Shown: positions 39,640 to 50,115, counted from the stretch's first letter. The stretch: 64,000 bases of DNA from Terriglobia bacterium (GCA_965198225.1 CBDAOY010000004.1:384001-448000); one strand, 5' to 3'. Translations and numbers: made by a program. Notes: generated from the sequence alone by a model not told the origin.

Positions 39640-41238
39640 CTAAAACCTCGATCCCCGAATCCAAGTGTCCGACCGCGCCCAGCTGGCCTCGAAGTCGGCG
39701 TCCACTTCCGGCGACGATTTACCCTGGGCCTCCAGCGCAGCCATGAGTCCGAACAGCGACCAGCCGTTGTGCGGGTGGTCTTCGAGCTCCTCCCGGTAGA
39801 CCCGCTCCGCGTCGGCGTACCTCTCCGCTTCGAGCAACGCCGCCCCGAGCCAGTGTCGAGCCGCGAACGGTAGAGCTTCCGGCTCGTCATAGATCAGTTT
39901 GTCTTCCAGAGTGGTCGCGCTTTCGAAGGACGCAATCGCAGCGGCCAGATCGCCCGATTCCCGGTGGATCTCTCCTTCCAGGATCCCGGCCAGAGTTCCA
40001 AGCAGGTTCTCAGCCGATTGCCTGCGGAAACTCGATGTCGATTCGGCGCCTTCCCGAACCCGGTTCAGATGGGCCCTGGCGAAATCGATATCGCCCGCAC
40101 GAAGCCGCGCGTAGCCGTGACCGAAGTCCCACATCCCGGCCTGGACGGTGGCGTCAGGTTGGTCGGTGACTTCCGGAATCTCATCGAAGCGGCCGAACCG
40201 GACCAGTGTCAGCACGTGGTACATGGTGTCGCCCGTCAGCTTCGCGTAGTCTTTGGCGGCCTGGATCGCAACCCCGCCCTGGCCGTCCATCGACGCCGCG
40301 AACAGCAGCATGTGCAGGTTGTGGCTGGGATAGATCGCGAACCCTTCGCCGACGTCCGCCTTCATGTCGGAATGCCAGGCCTGGATGTTCGCGCGGACCG
40401 AATCTCCCCACCGGCCGATCTCGTTCCAGGTATGAGACGGCATGTGGTTGATGTGACTGGCGCCGGGTATGGAGTTCCCGATGAACTCGGCGCAGTCCTC
40501 GGCCTTGCCCGGCGAGACGGTGGACTCTGTGGCGTGAATGTAGAGATGACAGGCGCCCGGGTGCCGGACGTCTCTCTCAAGGATGCCTTCGAGGACACCG
40601 TGAAGGCGCCCGACGTTGGGATCGTTCAAATCGCGCGTCCCCTGGCGGGGCTCCAGGAGGAACAACGCTTCCGCGTAGAGCGTGGCGGCATCCAGGTCGC
40701 CGGGGTACCTGTCGGCGAGCTTTCGCATGGCCTCGGCATACGGGCGGTCCTGATCCAGACGTTTGTCCGGGTCGAAGTCCTCGACATATCGCACGCGCAT
40801 GGCCTCGATAAAGGACTGTTCTTCCCGGGTGGCGTGGTCCGGCGCCAGCTCGAGCGCCTTCTGGATTGCCGCATACGCGTGAGGCGCCTCACTACGCCGC
40901 ATGGGTCCGTTCAGGTAGGACCCCCAGGACCAGGCTTCCCCCCAGTAGCAGATCGCGCAGTCCGGGTCTTTCTTCCAGGCCTCCCGAAAGGAGCGGGTCG
41001 CATCCTGCTTGGCGAACGCGTACATCATCTGGAACCCCTGGTCGAAGTACGCCTGCGCTTCCGGGTTGCTCGAGGAAATCGGACGTGCGAACTCACCCAG
41101 CGCTTTCGACAGGAGGGGCATCTGTTCGTTGAAAACGTCCGGTAGGGATGGTTCTTCTCTGTCCTGTCCGCCTGTCGTGGCGGCGAATACCAACAGCGAC
41201 ATGAAGACTATTCCAGCGCGCCGGCTCGACGTGGTCAT
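39640..41238 (-). CDS. Exported TPR-like protein with conserved His motifs
   Basis: AQAYFDQG..YAF, HPGACHLYIH, SHINHMPSH, YPSHNLH, HPHNGWSL. Confidence 0.85.
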   Translation of the reverse strand: MTTSSRRAGIVFMSLLVFAATTGGQDREEPSLPDVFNEQMPLLSKALGEFARPISSSNPEAQAYFDQGFQMMYAFAKQDATRSFREAWKKDPDCAICYWGEAWSWGSYLNGPMRRSEAPHAYAAIQKALELAPDHATREEQSFIEAMRVRYVEDFDPDKRLDQDRPYAEAMRKLADRYPGDLDAATLYAEALFLLEPRQGTRDLNDPNVGRLHGVLEGILERDVRHPGACHLYIHATESTVSPGKAEDCAEFIGNSIPGASHINHMPSHTWNEIGRWGDSVRANIQAWHSDMKADVGEGFAIYPSHNLHMLLFAASMDGQGGVAIQAAKDYAKLTGDTMYHVLTLVRFGRFDEIPEVTDQPDATVQAGMWDFGHGYARLRAGDIDFARAHLNRVREGAESTSSFRRQSAENLLGTLAGILEGEIHRESGDLAAAIASFESATTLEDKLIYDEPEALPFAARHWLGAALLEAERYADAERVYREELEDHPHNGWSLFGLMAALEAQGKSSPEVDADFEASWARSDTWIRGSRF

Positions 41239-41512
41239 GGGTTCGATCCTCCTCGGGTTTGCCTGTGGGATCACACATGATACGACATCCCAACCCGATC
41301 CGGTGAAAAGGGGCGACTCGCTGTCCGCCGGCTGGACAATGTGTCTTACGATACGCGCGCTGAGTTGCGGCCGCTGTCAGGTTGGCGCAGGGCATAGCTG
41401 ACGCTCAGACCAGAACTCGCTTATTAATCAATAACTTAAATCCGTCACGAAGACTGGTCCGTGAATTGCGTTACTACCCCAGACATCTTCAATCGTGGGA
41501 GGAAAATCGAAC

Positions 41513-42889
41513 ATGCACCCCTTGAAGCCCTCATTCTCACCGCTTGGGTGGAAGCTCTTCGCCCCCTGGAACTTGCGACGCCGTCGGCTGGCTTTCGCGG
41601 CTCGTGCGATCCTGGTCATACTGATTCCCGTCAGCGGGTTTGCGATGATGCAGCGCTCCCCCGTGACGAAACCGTATGTCGAGCTGCAGCACGAAGCGAT
41701 CCGGTATTACACGAGTACTCCCACGGACCCGGTGGCGAAACTCAAGGCTCGTGTGGAACGAGGCGAGGTCGAGCTGAGCTACGACGCCAGGAACGGCTAT
41801 CTGGCTTCGCTGCTGCGCGAACTGGACATCGACATCTCTTCTCAGTTGCTCGTTGCCTCCAAGACGAGCCTGCAGATCGACTACATCTCGCCCACCACTC
41901 CCCGCGCGATCTACTTCAACGACAGCGTCTACGTCGGGTGGGTCCAGGGGAGCCCGGCCATCGAGCTCTCGTCAGTCGATCCGAAGCTGGGGGCGGTCTT
42001 CTACACCGTCGAGAACGAGCCTGGCAAGGGGGCGAAGTTCGATCACAAGATGGGCGTCTGTCTCCAATGTCACAACCCGTCCCTGCCGAGCCACGTCATG
42101 ACCTCGGTAATCCCGGACCCGCGCGGTCTGCCCGTCTTCACCGCCGGTCTCTTCAGCACGAGCGACCAGAGCCCGCTCCCGGAACGTTGGGGCGGGTGGT
42201 ACGTCACAGGCACCCATGGCGGCCAGGTGCACATGGGTAACCTGATCGCGGACGTTCCACCGTCCCCGCCGGGAATATCGCGGGTCAAGGTCAAGGTGGA
42301 CCGGAGCGAGGGCGCCAACATGACGAAGCTGGCGGCGGAAAAAGTGGACACCTCGCCCTACCTGGGCAGCTACAGCGACATCGTCGCGTTGATGGTCCTT
42401 GGTCACCAGGTGAACGTCAGCAACCAGATCACGAACCTGGGCTATGAGACGCGGAAGGTGCTCCAGGAACGCGGGGCAGGTGACCTCTCGCCGGACGCAT
42501 CGAAGCGGATCGAAGACGCGGTCGAGTCGCTGGTCCGTGCGATGCTGTTCACCGGTGAGGTGACGCTGACGTCTCCGATCGACGGCACGTCCGGCTTCTC
42601 CGATCATTTCGCGAGCCGGGGCCCATGGGACGACAAAGGCCGGTCTCTCCGGCAGCTTGACCTTAATCGGAGATTGTTCCGTTACCCGCTGAGCTATCTC
42701 ATCTACTCCGAGTCTTTCCAGGCTCTGCCCGAGGTGGCCAGGGGCCAGGTCTACCTGCGACTGTGGGAGGTGCTCGAGGGCGGGGACACCGGTGACACGT
42801 TCGCGCACCTGTCCGGGAGGGATCGGACAGCGATCCTCGAGATCCTGGAAGAGACCGAGCCGGGGTTCGCAGCGCAGCGGACGAAGTAA
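41513..42889 (+). CDS. Conserved hypothetical protein with one CxxCH motif
   Basis: SKTSLQ..ISP.TPRAIYFND, CLQCH, ERWGGWYVTG, SDIVALMV, GRSLR..DL..RLF.YP; start position uncertain. Confidence 0.75.
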   Translation: MHPLKPSFSPLGWKLFAPWNLRRRRLAFAARAILVILIPVSGFAMMQRSPVTKPYVELQHEAIRYYTSTPTDPVAKLKARVERGEVELSYDARNGYLASLLRELDIDISSQLLVASKTSLQIDYISPTTPRAIYFNDSVYVGWVQGSPAIELSSVDPKLGAVFYTVENEPGKGAKFDHKMGVCLQCHNPSLPSHVMTSVIPDPRGLPVFTAGLFSTSDQSPLPERWGGWYVTGTHGGQVHMGNLIADVPPSPPGISRVKVKVDRSEGANMTKLAAEKVDTSPYLGSYSDIVALMVLGHQVNVSNQITNLGYETRKVLQERGAGDLSPDASKRIEDAVESLVRAMLFTGEVTLTSPIDGTSGFSDHFASRGPWDDKGRSLRQLDLNRRLFRYPLSYLIYSESFQALPEVARGQVYLRLWEVLEGGDTGDTFAHLSGRDRTAILEILEETEPGFAAQRTK

Positions 42890-42952
42890 CGGTCCGGGGA
42901 CCCACATTCGTCCGCACGCGGCGGCGGCAACTCGGCAAAGAGGTCTCGGTCC

Positions 42953-43017
42953 TGTAGGTGCGCTCTATGAGCGCACACGCAACGGAAACAATGTGCGGTC
43001 ATAGACCGCACCTACAC
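42953..43017. repeat. REP doublet
   Basis: Hairpin B, linker, hairpin A-CTAC. Confidence 0.9.
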
Positions 43018-43105
43018 ATCGTTCATACACACGCCCTCCGGACAAAGGATGGATCCCGCCGCAGATCTCTCAACCAGAAGATGACCCGATGCTATCCTGC
43101 ACCGA

Positions 43106-45136
43106 GTGAAGCTCTACGTCTCAGGCGGGATGACGTTTGTGGCTGTGCTCTGGATGGCGGCCACGCCGCCTGCAGTCCGTGCGCAGGACCCGGCCGCCTG
43201 TGATGCGTTGTCCACGGCCGATCGCGACGGTCAGGTTCAGATCGTGGAGTCGACGCCGTCCTGCGCCAGCACTCTCGTGGGTCTTCTGGTCGCCGACCCG
43301 GCAAGTTACGTGGACGCCTTCGGCACGTTGATTTCAAGTTCCACCATCACCGAGTCACTTTTTTTTGCGACTTATGAGGAACTCCGTCAGGGCAGGATGC
43401 GCTTCGACCGTGAGGGCGTCGACCTGCTGCTCTCTGAGCTCCCTTCCGATATCGCAGCCTGCCAGAATCTATCCCGGTGCGGGGACTGGAACACCTTTAT
43501 CCTGTCCGGACTCCAGACCGGAGGGATGTTCCAGTGTCCGGATGTGGCGGGCCTCAGCGCGTGGCAGTTACTGGCGAACCTGCCGTATGGGGATTACAAC
43601 TGCACGGAGGCCATCGCCGGAGCCCTGGGCGCCCTGGAGTTTGCTTCTCCGCAGGACGAAGCGGCCATCCAACTGCTGATCCTCCTCGGGGAGGCCCGTC
43701 GGGAGGGGTGGTCGCGCAGGAACGCGCTTCGCGCTCTGGGCCGGTTGGCCGAACGGCCCGAAGGCAGCGACGCGCGACGTCTGGTGCTTTCGGTTTACGC
43801 TTCGAACCTGGAGGCGATGCTCCACCGCCGCCTTGCGCGCGACCGCTCCGAAGATGTCCTACACGACGCGATCTGGATACTGGACACGTTTTTCTATCCC
43901 CACTACGAGACCCAGAAATACCTGGAAACGATCACTGCCGATCCCACTTTCCATACCTCGCTCCGTTTCCGGGCGGCACGGGCGTGGAGCCGTCTCATCT
44001 GGGCCGGGAGCGGCCCGATCGCCGATCGGGAACTCGAGTTCATCGTCCGATCCATGGACTCCGACGATGCATGGGTCCGCGCCGAGGCGGCGTACGTTGC
44101 CGAAACCATGGGCGACGATCGAATGAATTCGGCGATCCGCAGCCGCATTGTTGCAGCGCTCGAACGGAGTTGGAGAATCGAGTCCGAACTGATCGCGCAG
44201 GTGTACGTCGCCCAGGCCCTGGACTACTACAACGGTTCCGACCTGCGCACCGCGCTGCGAACGGATTGGGAGGCGACGCATCTGGGTAGCACGTTCACCG
44301 GACTCGGGTTGACGATTCGCTCCGGTCTTTCCGAGGACGATTTGCCGACATTCGCGACGACCATCGAGAACACGCGGGCGGCTTTCTTCGACATTCTGGG
44401 ATCGGCGTTTGCGACGCCCGTTCCTGAAGACACCAACGCAGCCATGACGCTCTTTCTCTTCGGCAGCCGAGACCGCTATTCCGAATACATGAGCCTGTTC
44501 GTCGGGTACGGTCAGGATGCGGGAGGGCTCTACCTGGAAAACGAAGGTGCGCTCTACACTTATCAGCGGACTCCTGCCGAGAGCATCTTCACGGTCGAGG
44601 AGTTGATCCAGCACGAGTACAGCCACTACCTGCAGGGCCGGTACGTGTATCCGGGTCTGTGGGCCGACGCCGGGTACCACGATCAGCCCAAGGGCTGGCT
44701 GGACGAGGGCTTGGCCGAAGTGCTTGCCGGCGCCGTGTTCGAGGCGAACGGCGCCTACAGCCTTCCCGTCCGGCCCGCGCATCTTTCCTCCATATGCAGC
44801 ACGCCGCCCGCGCTCGTAACCCTTCTCGAACGTCGCGCCGGCTACGACCAGACCGGAACGTTCGACTATCCGTCGGCGTGGGCCTTCAGTTACTTCCTGA
44901 CTACCGGGGAACTCTCCGTGCTACGCGGCGTGGCCGGTGCCTACCGGGACCAAACGTACCAGTTGACCGACTTCCGAAGCGCGGCCGGCCGCGACGTCCC
45001 CGACCTCGAACAGGCCTGGCATGCAGCGATTCCGGCATGGTGCGCCACCAGCCAACCGGTGACCCGTTCCTATGCCGCGTCGATCTCTCATCAGGACGGA
45101 CCCGAGCCGATCCTGCATCTCCGACCCCGAAAGTGA
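43106..45136 (+). CDS. Secreted M9/collagenase-like gluzincin with a helical-repeat N-region
   Basis: GGLYLE, TYQR, HEYSHYLQGRY, WLDEGLAE. Confidence 0.78.
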   Translation: MKLYVSGGMTFVAVLWMAATPPAVRAQDPAACDALSTADRDGQVQIVESTPSCASTLVGLLVADPASYVDAFGTLISSSTITESLFFATYEELRQGRMRFDREGVDLLLSELPSDIAACQNLSRCGDWNTFILSGLQTGGMFQCPDVAGLSAWQLLANLPYGDYNCTEAIAGALGALEFASPQDEAAIQLLILLGEARREGWSRRNALRALGRLAERPEGSDARRLVLSVYASNLEAMLHRRLARDRSEDVLHDAIWILDTFFYPHYETQKYLETITADPTFHTSLRFRAARAWSRLIWAGSGPIADRELEFIVRSMDSDDAWVRAEAAYVAETMGDDRMNSAIRSRIVAALERSWRIESELIAQVYVAQALDYYNGSDLRTALRTDWEATHLGSTFTGLGLTIRSGLSEDDLPTFATTIENTRAAFFDILGSAFATPVPEDTNAAMTLFLFGSRDRYSEYMSLFVGYGQDAGGLYLENEGALYTYQRTPAESIFTVEELIQHEYSHYLQGRYVYPGLWADAGYHDQPKGWLDEGLAEVLAGAVFEANGAYSLPVRPAHLSSICSTPPALVTLLERRAGYDQTGTFDYPSAWAFSYFLTTGELSVLRGVAGAYRDQTYQLTDFRSAAGRDVPDLEQAWHAAIPAWCATSQPVTRSYAASISHQDGPEPILHLRPRK

Positions 45137-47313
45137 AGAGCGTCGCGCGATGCCTCGCGGTTTCGATGCTGATCCTGGCCTCGCGAACCCCGGCCGGAGC
45201 CCAGGGCTTCGACGGCATCTGGACCGGCACGACGTCCCAGGGCCACACCTTGAGCTTCACCGTTCTGGACCAGTCCCTGAGCGCGGTGGAATTCGGTTTC
45301 GACTCTTCGGGAGGCGCGGTAGCGACGTTCAGCGGGCAAGTGAGTCCGTCGCTCGGCGTTAGCGGGAGCGCGGTCTCCGGATCCGTCGGCGTCTGCTACC
45401 GGATTGAGGGAACGTTCACGGCATCGACAACCGCCTCCGGGAGCATATCGATTACGGGCGAGCCCGCCTGCGCGGCTCTCGGAGCGGCCGGCTTCACGTG
45501 GAGCGCGTCTCTGGAGACGCCACCGTCGAATGACAACTTCTCAAACGCGACAATGCTCGTTGACACCGAGCGCTCGGTCGCGGGCTCGACACGAGGGGGA
45601 ACGACCGAGGCCGGAGAGCCCACCCATCACGCGACGACCAGCGCAGCAGCGTCGGTGTGGTGGAGCTGGGTGGCCCCATCCCTGGGTCACGTCACATTCG
45701 ATACGGCTGGCAGCGATTTCGACACGGTCCTCGCAGTCTACGAAGGTGCTACGCTGACCACTCTCGGGACGGTGGCCTCCAACGATGACGATCTCGGGGT
45801 GGAAACGAGCCGCGTGTCGTTCGTGGCCGTGGCTGGCCGCACGTATCACCTCGCTGTGGCCGGTTTTCTCGGACAAACAGGAAGCATGCGGTTGAACTGG
45901 ACGGCCATACGATCCATGGGACTCGAATTCGATCTGCCCGACCGGGGCGTCTCGGAATCGACTTCAAGCAACGGTGCGTCGTTGCGGACCGGCTCGGTGA
46001 TGGTCGAGCCGGCGTTGGGAAACGTGGCCCCGGCCGGAATTGCCATCCTTGGGTTCCGCCGGGACGGCATTCTGATAAGCGAGGTCGCGATACCGGCTGT
46101 CCGGCCACTCACCGGAGTCCGACTCTATGCGGAGGTTGCGGGTCCGCTCAACACGGGAGTGGCCATCGCTAACCCGGGCTCCACGCCGTCCGACGTCTCT
46201 TTCGTTGTCACCGGTTCGGACGGCGGCACGGTGACCGACGGCCTGATGACACTCTCCGCGGGCCAACAACTGGCCCGCTTCCTTACCGAGGCCCCTTTCA
46301 GTGTAGCTGCGCTGAGTGGGGGAACGCTGACGCTTTCTGCGTCGTCGCCCGTCGCCGTGACTGCCCTGCGGCTGTTCACCAACGAGCGGTTGGAGCTGTT
46401 CATGACGGCCATCCCGGCGGTGGATCTGTCCTTGCCGGTGGGCAGCGACGTCGTCGTCCTGCCTCATTTTGCCGACGGAAGCGGTTGGAAGACCCATCTC
46501 CTTCTGGTGAATCCCACCGACGCCGTGACCGCCGGCACCCTCTCGTTTACCGAGCCCGGGACCCCGACATCCCCTCCCGGCTCGTCCCTGGTGGAACTCG
46601 AGGGCAACGATACGTACCAATACTCGCTCCCACCGCGGAGCGGTCAGCGTATCGAGACACGAGGCGTTCTCCCCGGGCTTCGCGTCGGATCCGTCCGGCT
46701 CGGGCCTGCATCGGGAAGCGCCGCGCCGTTCGTGTCGGCGATCTTCGCGTTCGAGACCGACGGAATCACCGTGTCGGAAACAGGCGCAACGAGCGAGACG
46801 GCCGGCGCATTACGAACCTACGTCGAATCGGAGGGACTGGCGGGGGCGGCGGGCTCGATCCGGAGCGGGGTCGCCATCGCCAACCTGGCGTCCACGCCGA
46901 TAACCGTCGACCTGGAAGTCACCGACTCGGCCGGCGTGCTTCTTCCCATGACGGGCTCGATCAGTCTGCAGGCGCGCGGTCAACTCGCCGGATTCCTCGA
47001 CGACCTTCCGGGCTTCGAGACGCTCTCCTCGCCTTTTCGCGGCGTTCTGCGGGTTTCAACGACCGCCGCGGAGGGAATCGTCGCGACGGCCATCCGGGGC
47101 CGGGTCAACGAGCGCGGCGATTTTCTGATGGCGACGACCCCTCCGGCGCCCGAAACACGCCTGGGCCTGTTCGGCCCCGTCTACTTCGCCCACTTTGCCG
47201 ACGGCGCCGGCTTTACCACCGAGTTCATCCTTCTCGGGGCGACGCTGGAGCGACCGACGTCCGGTTTCGTCTGGTTCTTCGATCCTTCCGGAGCGCCGAT
47301 CAGCCCGCCCTAG
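45133..47313 (+). CDS. Secreted protein with PPC-like domain and duplicated C-terminal beta-rich domain
   Basis: GTG start overlaps the upstream TGA; NDNF.NA, SVWW.W, GSDFDT.LAVY, NDD; LPHFADGSGW and FAHFADGAGF. Confidence 0.8.
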   Translation: MKSVARCLAVSMLILASRTPAGAQGFDGIWTGTTSQGHTLSFTVLDQSLSAVEFGFDSSGGAVATFSGQVSPSLGVSGSAVSGSVGVCYRIEGTFTASTTASGSISITGEPACAALGAAGFTWSASLETPPSNDNFSNATMLVDTERSVAGSTRGGTTEAGEPTHHATTSAAASVWWSWVAPSLGHVTFDTAGSDFDTVLAVYEGATLTTLGTVASNDDDLGVETSRVSFVAVAGRTYHLAVAGFLGQTGSMRLNWTAIRSMGLEFDLPDRGVSESTSSNGASLRTGSVMVEPALGNVAPAGIAILGFRRDGILISEVAIPAVRPLTGVRLYAEVAGPLNTGVAIANPGSTPSDVSFVVTGSDGGTVTDGLMTLSAGQQLARFLTEAPFSVAALSGGTLTLSASSPVAVTALRLFTNERLELFMTAIPAVDLSLPVGSDVVVLPHFADGSGWKTHLLLVNPTDAVTAGTLSFTEPGTPTSPPGSSLVELEGNDTYQYSLPPRSGQRIETRGVLPGLRVGSVRLGPASGSAAPFVSAIFAFETDGITVSETGATSETAGALRTYVESEGLAGAAGSIRSGVAIANLASTPITVDLEVTDSAGVLLPMTGSISLQARGQLAGFLDDLPGFETLSSPFRGVLRVSTTAAEGIVATAIRGRVNERGDFLMATTPPAPETRLGLFGPVYFAHFADGAGFTTEFILLGATLERPTSGFVWFFDPSGAPISPP

Positions 47314-47584
47314 TGGCCTGTAACAGTGCTATCGGTACCATCGCCGATGGGTCTTGCGGGCGAGGTCGAGGAGGGAGACGGAAAGCGATGCTCATTCATC
47401 GGTGACGGCTTCCGACAAAGAGATCGCCCGCAACCCCCATCGGCCCAAAGGGTTCGGCGGAACGGCGCCGTCTTCGGTGTCGTAACTCCCTCGCAATGAA
47501 ACAGCATTGGCTCGGGCGTCACTCCTAGAATCCGACGCCGTTCCGCCGAACGCTGGTACCGATAGCACTGTTACAGGTCACTAG
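47310..47584. mobile_element. 275-bp MITE, CTAG-flanked
   Basis: Inverted copy of 33762-34036. Confidence 0.85.
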
Positions 47585-47837
47585 CAGCCGCACGGCAAGT
47601 GGAAGGCAGTCCGACTGCTTGAAGCCCCGAAGCAACCGAAATCGGCACAACCCATCCCTGGCGACTGTAGAACGGCAGACCCTCAAGACAGCCCATGAGA
47701 GAGGGGAACGCGGCGGCTGCGTCCGGCCGGAGAGGACCAACGGTGGCGGGGGCTGCTGCAGAACAATTCGACGAACCGAAAAGAATCGTATATGATCCGA
47801 AACCACCGACCGCAGCCTGTCAAGACACATCCTTATT

Positions 47838-48326
47838 ATGAACGACGACGAGCGCACGAGTTCTCCGAGCAAGGCCGAGCAACTGGCCCAGGACGCCATG
47901 GCCGAGGTTTCCCGTGAAGAGACCATCGAGCAGGAGCGATCCGAAGCGGAAGCGCAGCCAAAGTCTGGTCCCGGTCAATACGTCGTTATGACGATTGTTC
48001 TTTTGCTGTTGGCGCTGCTGATCGGCCTCAACTTTGCAGGACGAATGCCGTTTCAAGTGGTGACGCCGACCGTCTCGGAGGACGAACTCCAACACAACCT
48101 GCGCGTGGCGCTCAATTACGCGGTCCGACGGATCGAGTCCTATCGACTCGCTAACGATAGGTATCCAGCAAATCTGGCGGAGATCGGGGGTTCGGATCAA
48201 GCGGGCTGGACGTTCGCTCTGACTGAAGGAGGGTACCGGATCGCGGTGTCGGAAGGGCCCGTGACTGTGGAATACGATTCCAGCCAGGACGCGGATGCTT
48301 TCTTCGCCGACGTGAGGCAGCGATGA
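47838..48326 (+). CDS. Single-TM protein with a pseudopilin-like C-terminus
   Basis: TM followed by IESYRLANDRYP.NL; overlaps the next gene (ATGA). Confidence 0.65.
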   Translation: MNDDERTSSPSKAEQLAQDAMAEVSREETIEQERSEAEAQPKSGPGQYVVMTIVLLLLALLIGLNFAGRMPFQVVTPTVSEDELQHNLRVALNYAVRRIESYRLANDRYPANLAEIGGSDQAGWTFALTEGGYRIAVSEGPVTVEYDSSQDADAFFADVRQR

Positions 48327-48805
48327 GACCGAATACGGGGAGAAAGATGGTCTTGGATCAGCGCGGCCTCACGGCGGTCGAATTAATTATCGTTGTCGGC
48401 ATCATCTTGGTCATAGCTGCTCTCGCCATGCCTGCAATCTCTCGGGCGCTCGTGCAGGCGCGAGTTGCGGCCATCATCGCCGACTTCCGAGTGGTCGAGG
48501 CTGCGGCGACGGATTACTATCTCGAGAACGATGCGTGGCCTGCCGAAAAAGCCGCGGGTGAAGCTCCTCCAGAAATGGACGAATACCTTCAAAATCAGTT
48601 CGACTGGTCCTCGCCCTTTCGCTACGACTGGGAGAACCTGATCGGTCCGGACGGTCAGCCGACCCAAGAGGAGTCGGGTATCGCGATCGGATTCGCCGTT
48701 CGCACGACTGATCCGGTGCTCTTGCAGTTGCTCCAGAACTCCTGGGACGGTCCGCTCTATGTGGTCGAGGGTTTCGGTGTGACGTTCACGATCGAGCCGC
48801 TTTGA
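48323..48805 (+). CDS. Prepilin-type N-terminal cleavage/methylation protein
   Basis: RG|LTAVELIIVVGIILVIAALAMP. Confidence 0.88.
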   Translation: MRPNTGRKMVLDQRGLTAVELIIVVGIILVIAALAMPAISRALVQARVAAIIADFRVVEAAATDYYLENDAWPAEKAAGEAPPEMDEYLQNQFDWSSPFRYDWENLIGPDGQPTQEESGIAIGFAVRTTDPVLLQLLQNSWDGPLYVVEGFGVTFTIEPL

Positions 48806-48894
48806 GTTCTTGATCTGTCCCGCGCGCCTCTCCCTAAGGCTGCAGCCAAACCCACAAAGAGCCCACGTTCAATCACCGGACTACCGACCTCGTC

Positions 48895-49059
48895 GTAGTG
48901 GCCTGTAACCCCCATCGGCCCGAAGGGTTCGGCCCAACGGCGCCGTCTTCGGTGTCGTAACGCCCTCGCAATGAAACAGCAGTGGCTCGGGCGTCACTCC
49001 TAGAATCCGCCGCCGTTCGGCCGAACGCTGGTACCGATAGCACTGTTACAGGCCACTAG
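48895..49059. mobile_element. Internally deleted MITE copy (165 bp)
   Basis: Lacks 110 bp between two AAC microhomologies relative to the 47310 copy. Confidence 0.8.
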
Positions 49060-49106
49060 GGTCTCGAATCTCCGACCTCGAATTTCGATTGTCCAATTTC
49101 TGGGCG

Positions 49107-49745
49107 CTATTCGCGCCGCAGCGCGATCATCGGATCGACGCGTGTCGCCCGGCGCGCGGGGATGTAGCTGGCAAGCAGAGCGACGAGCGTAACGAAGACG
49201 GCCGCAGCGGCGTAGGTCGGCGCATCCAGTGGTTCGACGCCCAACAAGGCCGTGGCGAGGAGCCGCGTCGCCAGCGTCGCGCCAGCCACTCCCATACCGA
49301 TGCAGGCGACGATCGTGACGATCCCCTGACCGAGAACCATCCCGACAATGCGGCCGTGGCGTGCTCCGAGAGCGATGCGGATTCCCATTTCGTGCGTCCG
49401 TCGGACGACGGACTGCGAGACGGCACCGTAGAGACCAACCGATGCCAGCAGCAAACGCGAAGATTCCGATCAGCAGGGCACGGTAACGTTCCTCGCCGAG
49501 GGTGTTGGAGATCAGCCCTTCGATCATGTCCACACGGTCGACGGGTAGCATCGTATCTACGGCCCCAATCTCTGTGCGGAGGGCGGCAACGAGCCCGGTC
49601 GGATCGTTTTCGGTCCGCACGAGCAGGTGCATGAACGAACGTTCCTCACCGTCGGGCATGAAGAACTCCGTCCGTCGAGCCGAACACCATGACGCGAAGA
49701 CGCCACCGGAGGTCGTGAAACAGTGACTGAAAGGCGTGCTGTCAT
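49107..49745 (-). pseudogene. Collapsed ADOP permease remnant
   Basis: ATG overlaps the PadR stop; only the C-terminal EMGIRIALGA...RRATRVDPM survives; frameshifted. Confidence 0.8.
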
Positions 49746-50083
49746 CCGGCGCCTCCGGCCGACCGAATCAAGCGATCGACCGCCTCCGTGAACAATGCCC
49801 AGCCCGACAGCTGGTTGCCCAGTTCGCGGCGGCCCGTCGCGGTGATGCGATACACCTTCGCCTTTCGTCCGAGCTCGGAATCCCTCCACTTCGCTTTAAT
49901 CCATCCCCTGCGTTCCAGCCGGTAGAGGCACGGATAAAGCGATCCGTGCTCGACGTCGAGCACGTCACTACCGACTCGACACAGGTGCTTCCGGATGGCG
50001 TAGCCGTGCAAGGGTCGGGATTCGAGTGTCTGGAGTATGAGCAGGTCCAGGGTTCCGTGCAGCAGATCCGCGTTTCGTGTCAC
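49742..50083 (-). CDS. PadR-family transcriptional regulator
   Basis: LLHGTLDLLIL..L...PLHGY.I, GSLYP.L.RLE..GWI, Y.IT..GR. Confidence 0.92.
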   Translation of the reverse strand: MTRNADLLHGTLDLLILQTLESRPLHGYAIRKHLCRVGSDVLDVEHGSLYPCLYRLERRGWIKAKWRDSELGRKAKVYRITATGRRELGNQLSGWALFTEAVDRLIRSAGGAG

Positions 50084-50115
50084 TTCTTCAGACCTCCGAT
50101 CCGGCGGAGTATATA

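Noticed and set aside
44659-45132. N-terminal extension of the 884-aa ORF
   Set aside because: It overlaps the protease gene. The GTG at 45133 gives a signal peptide and translational coupling.
47585-47837. c-di-GMP riboswitch upstream of the pilin pair
   Set aside because: I could not recognise the consensus motifs by eye. An Infernal/Rfam scan would be needed.
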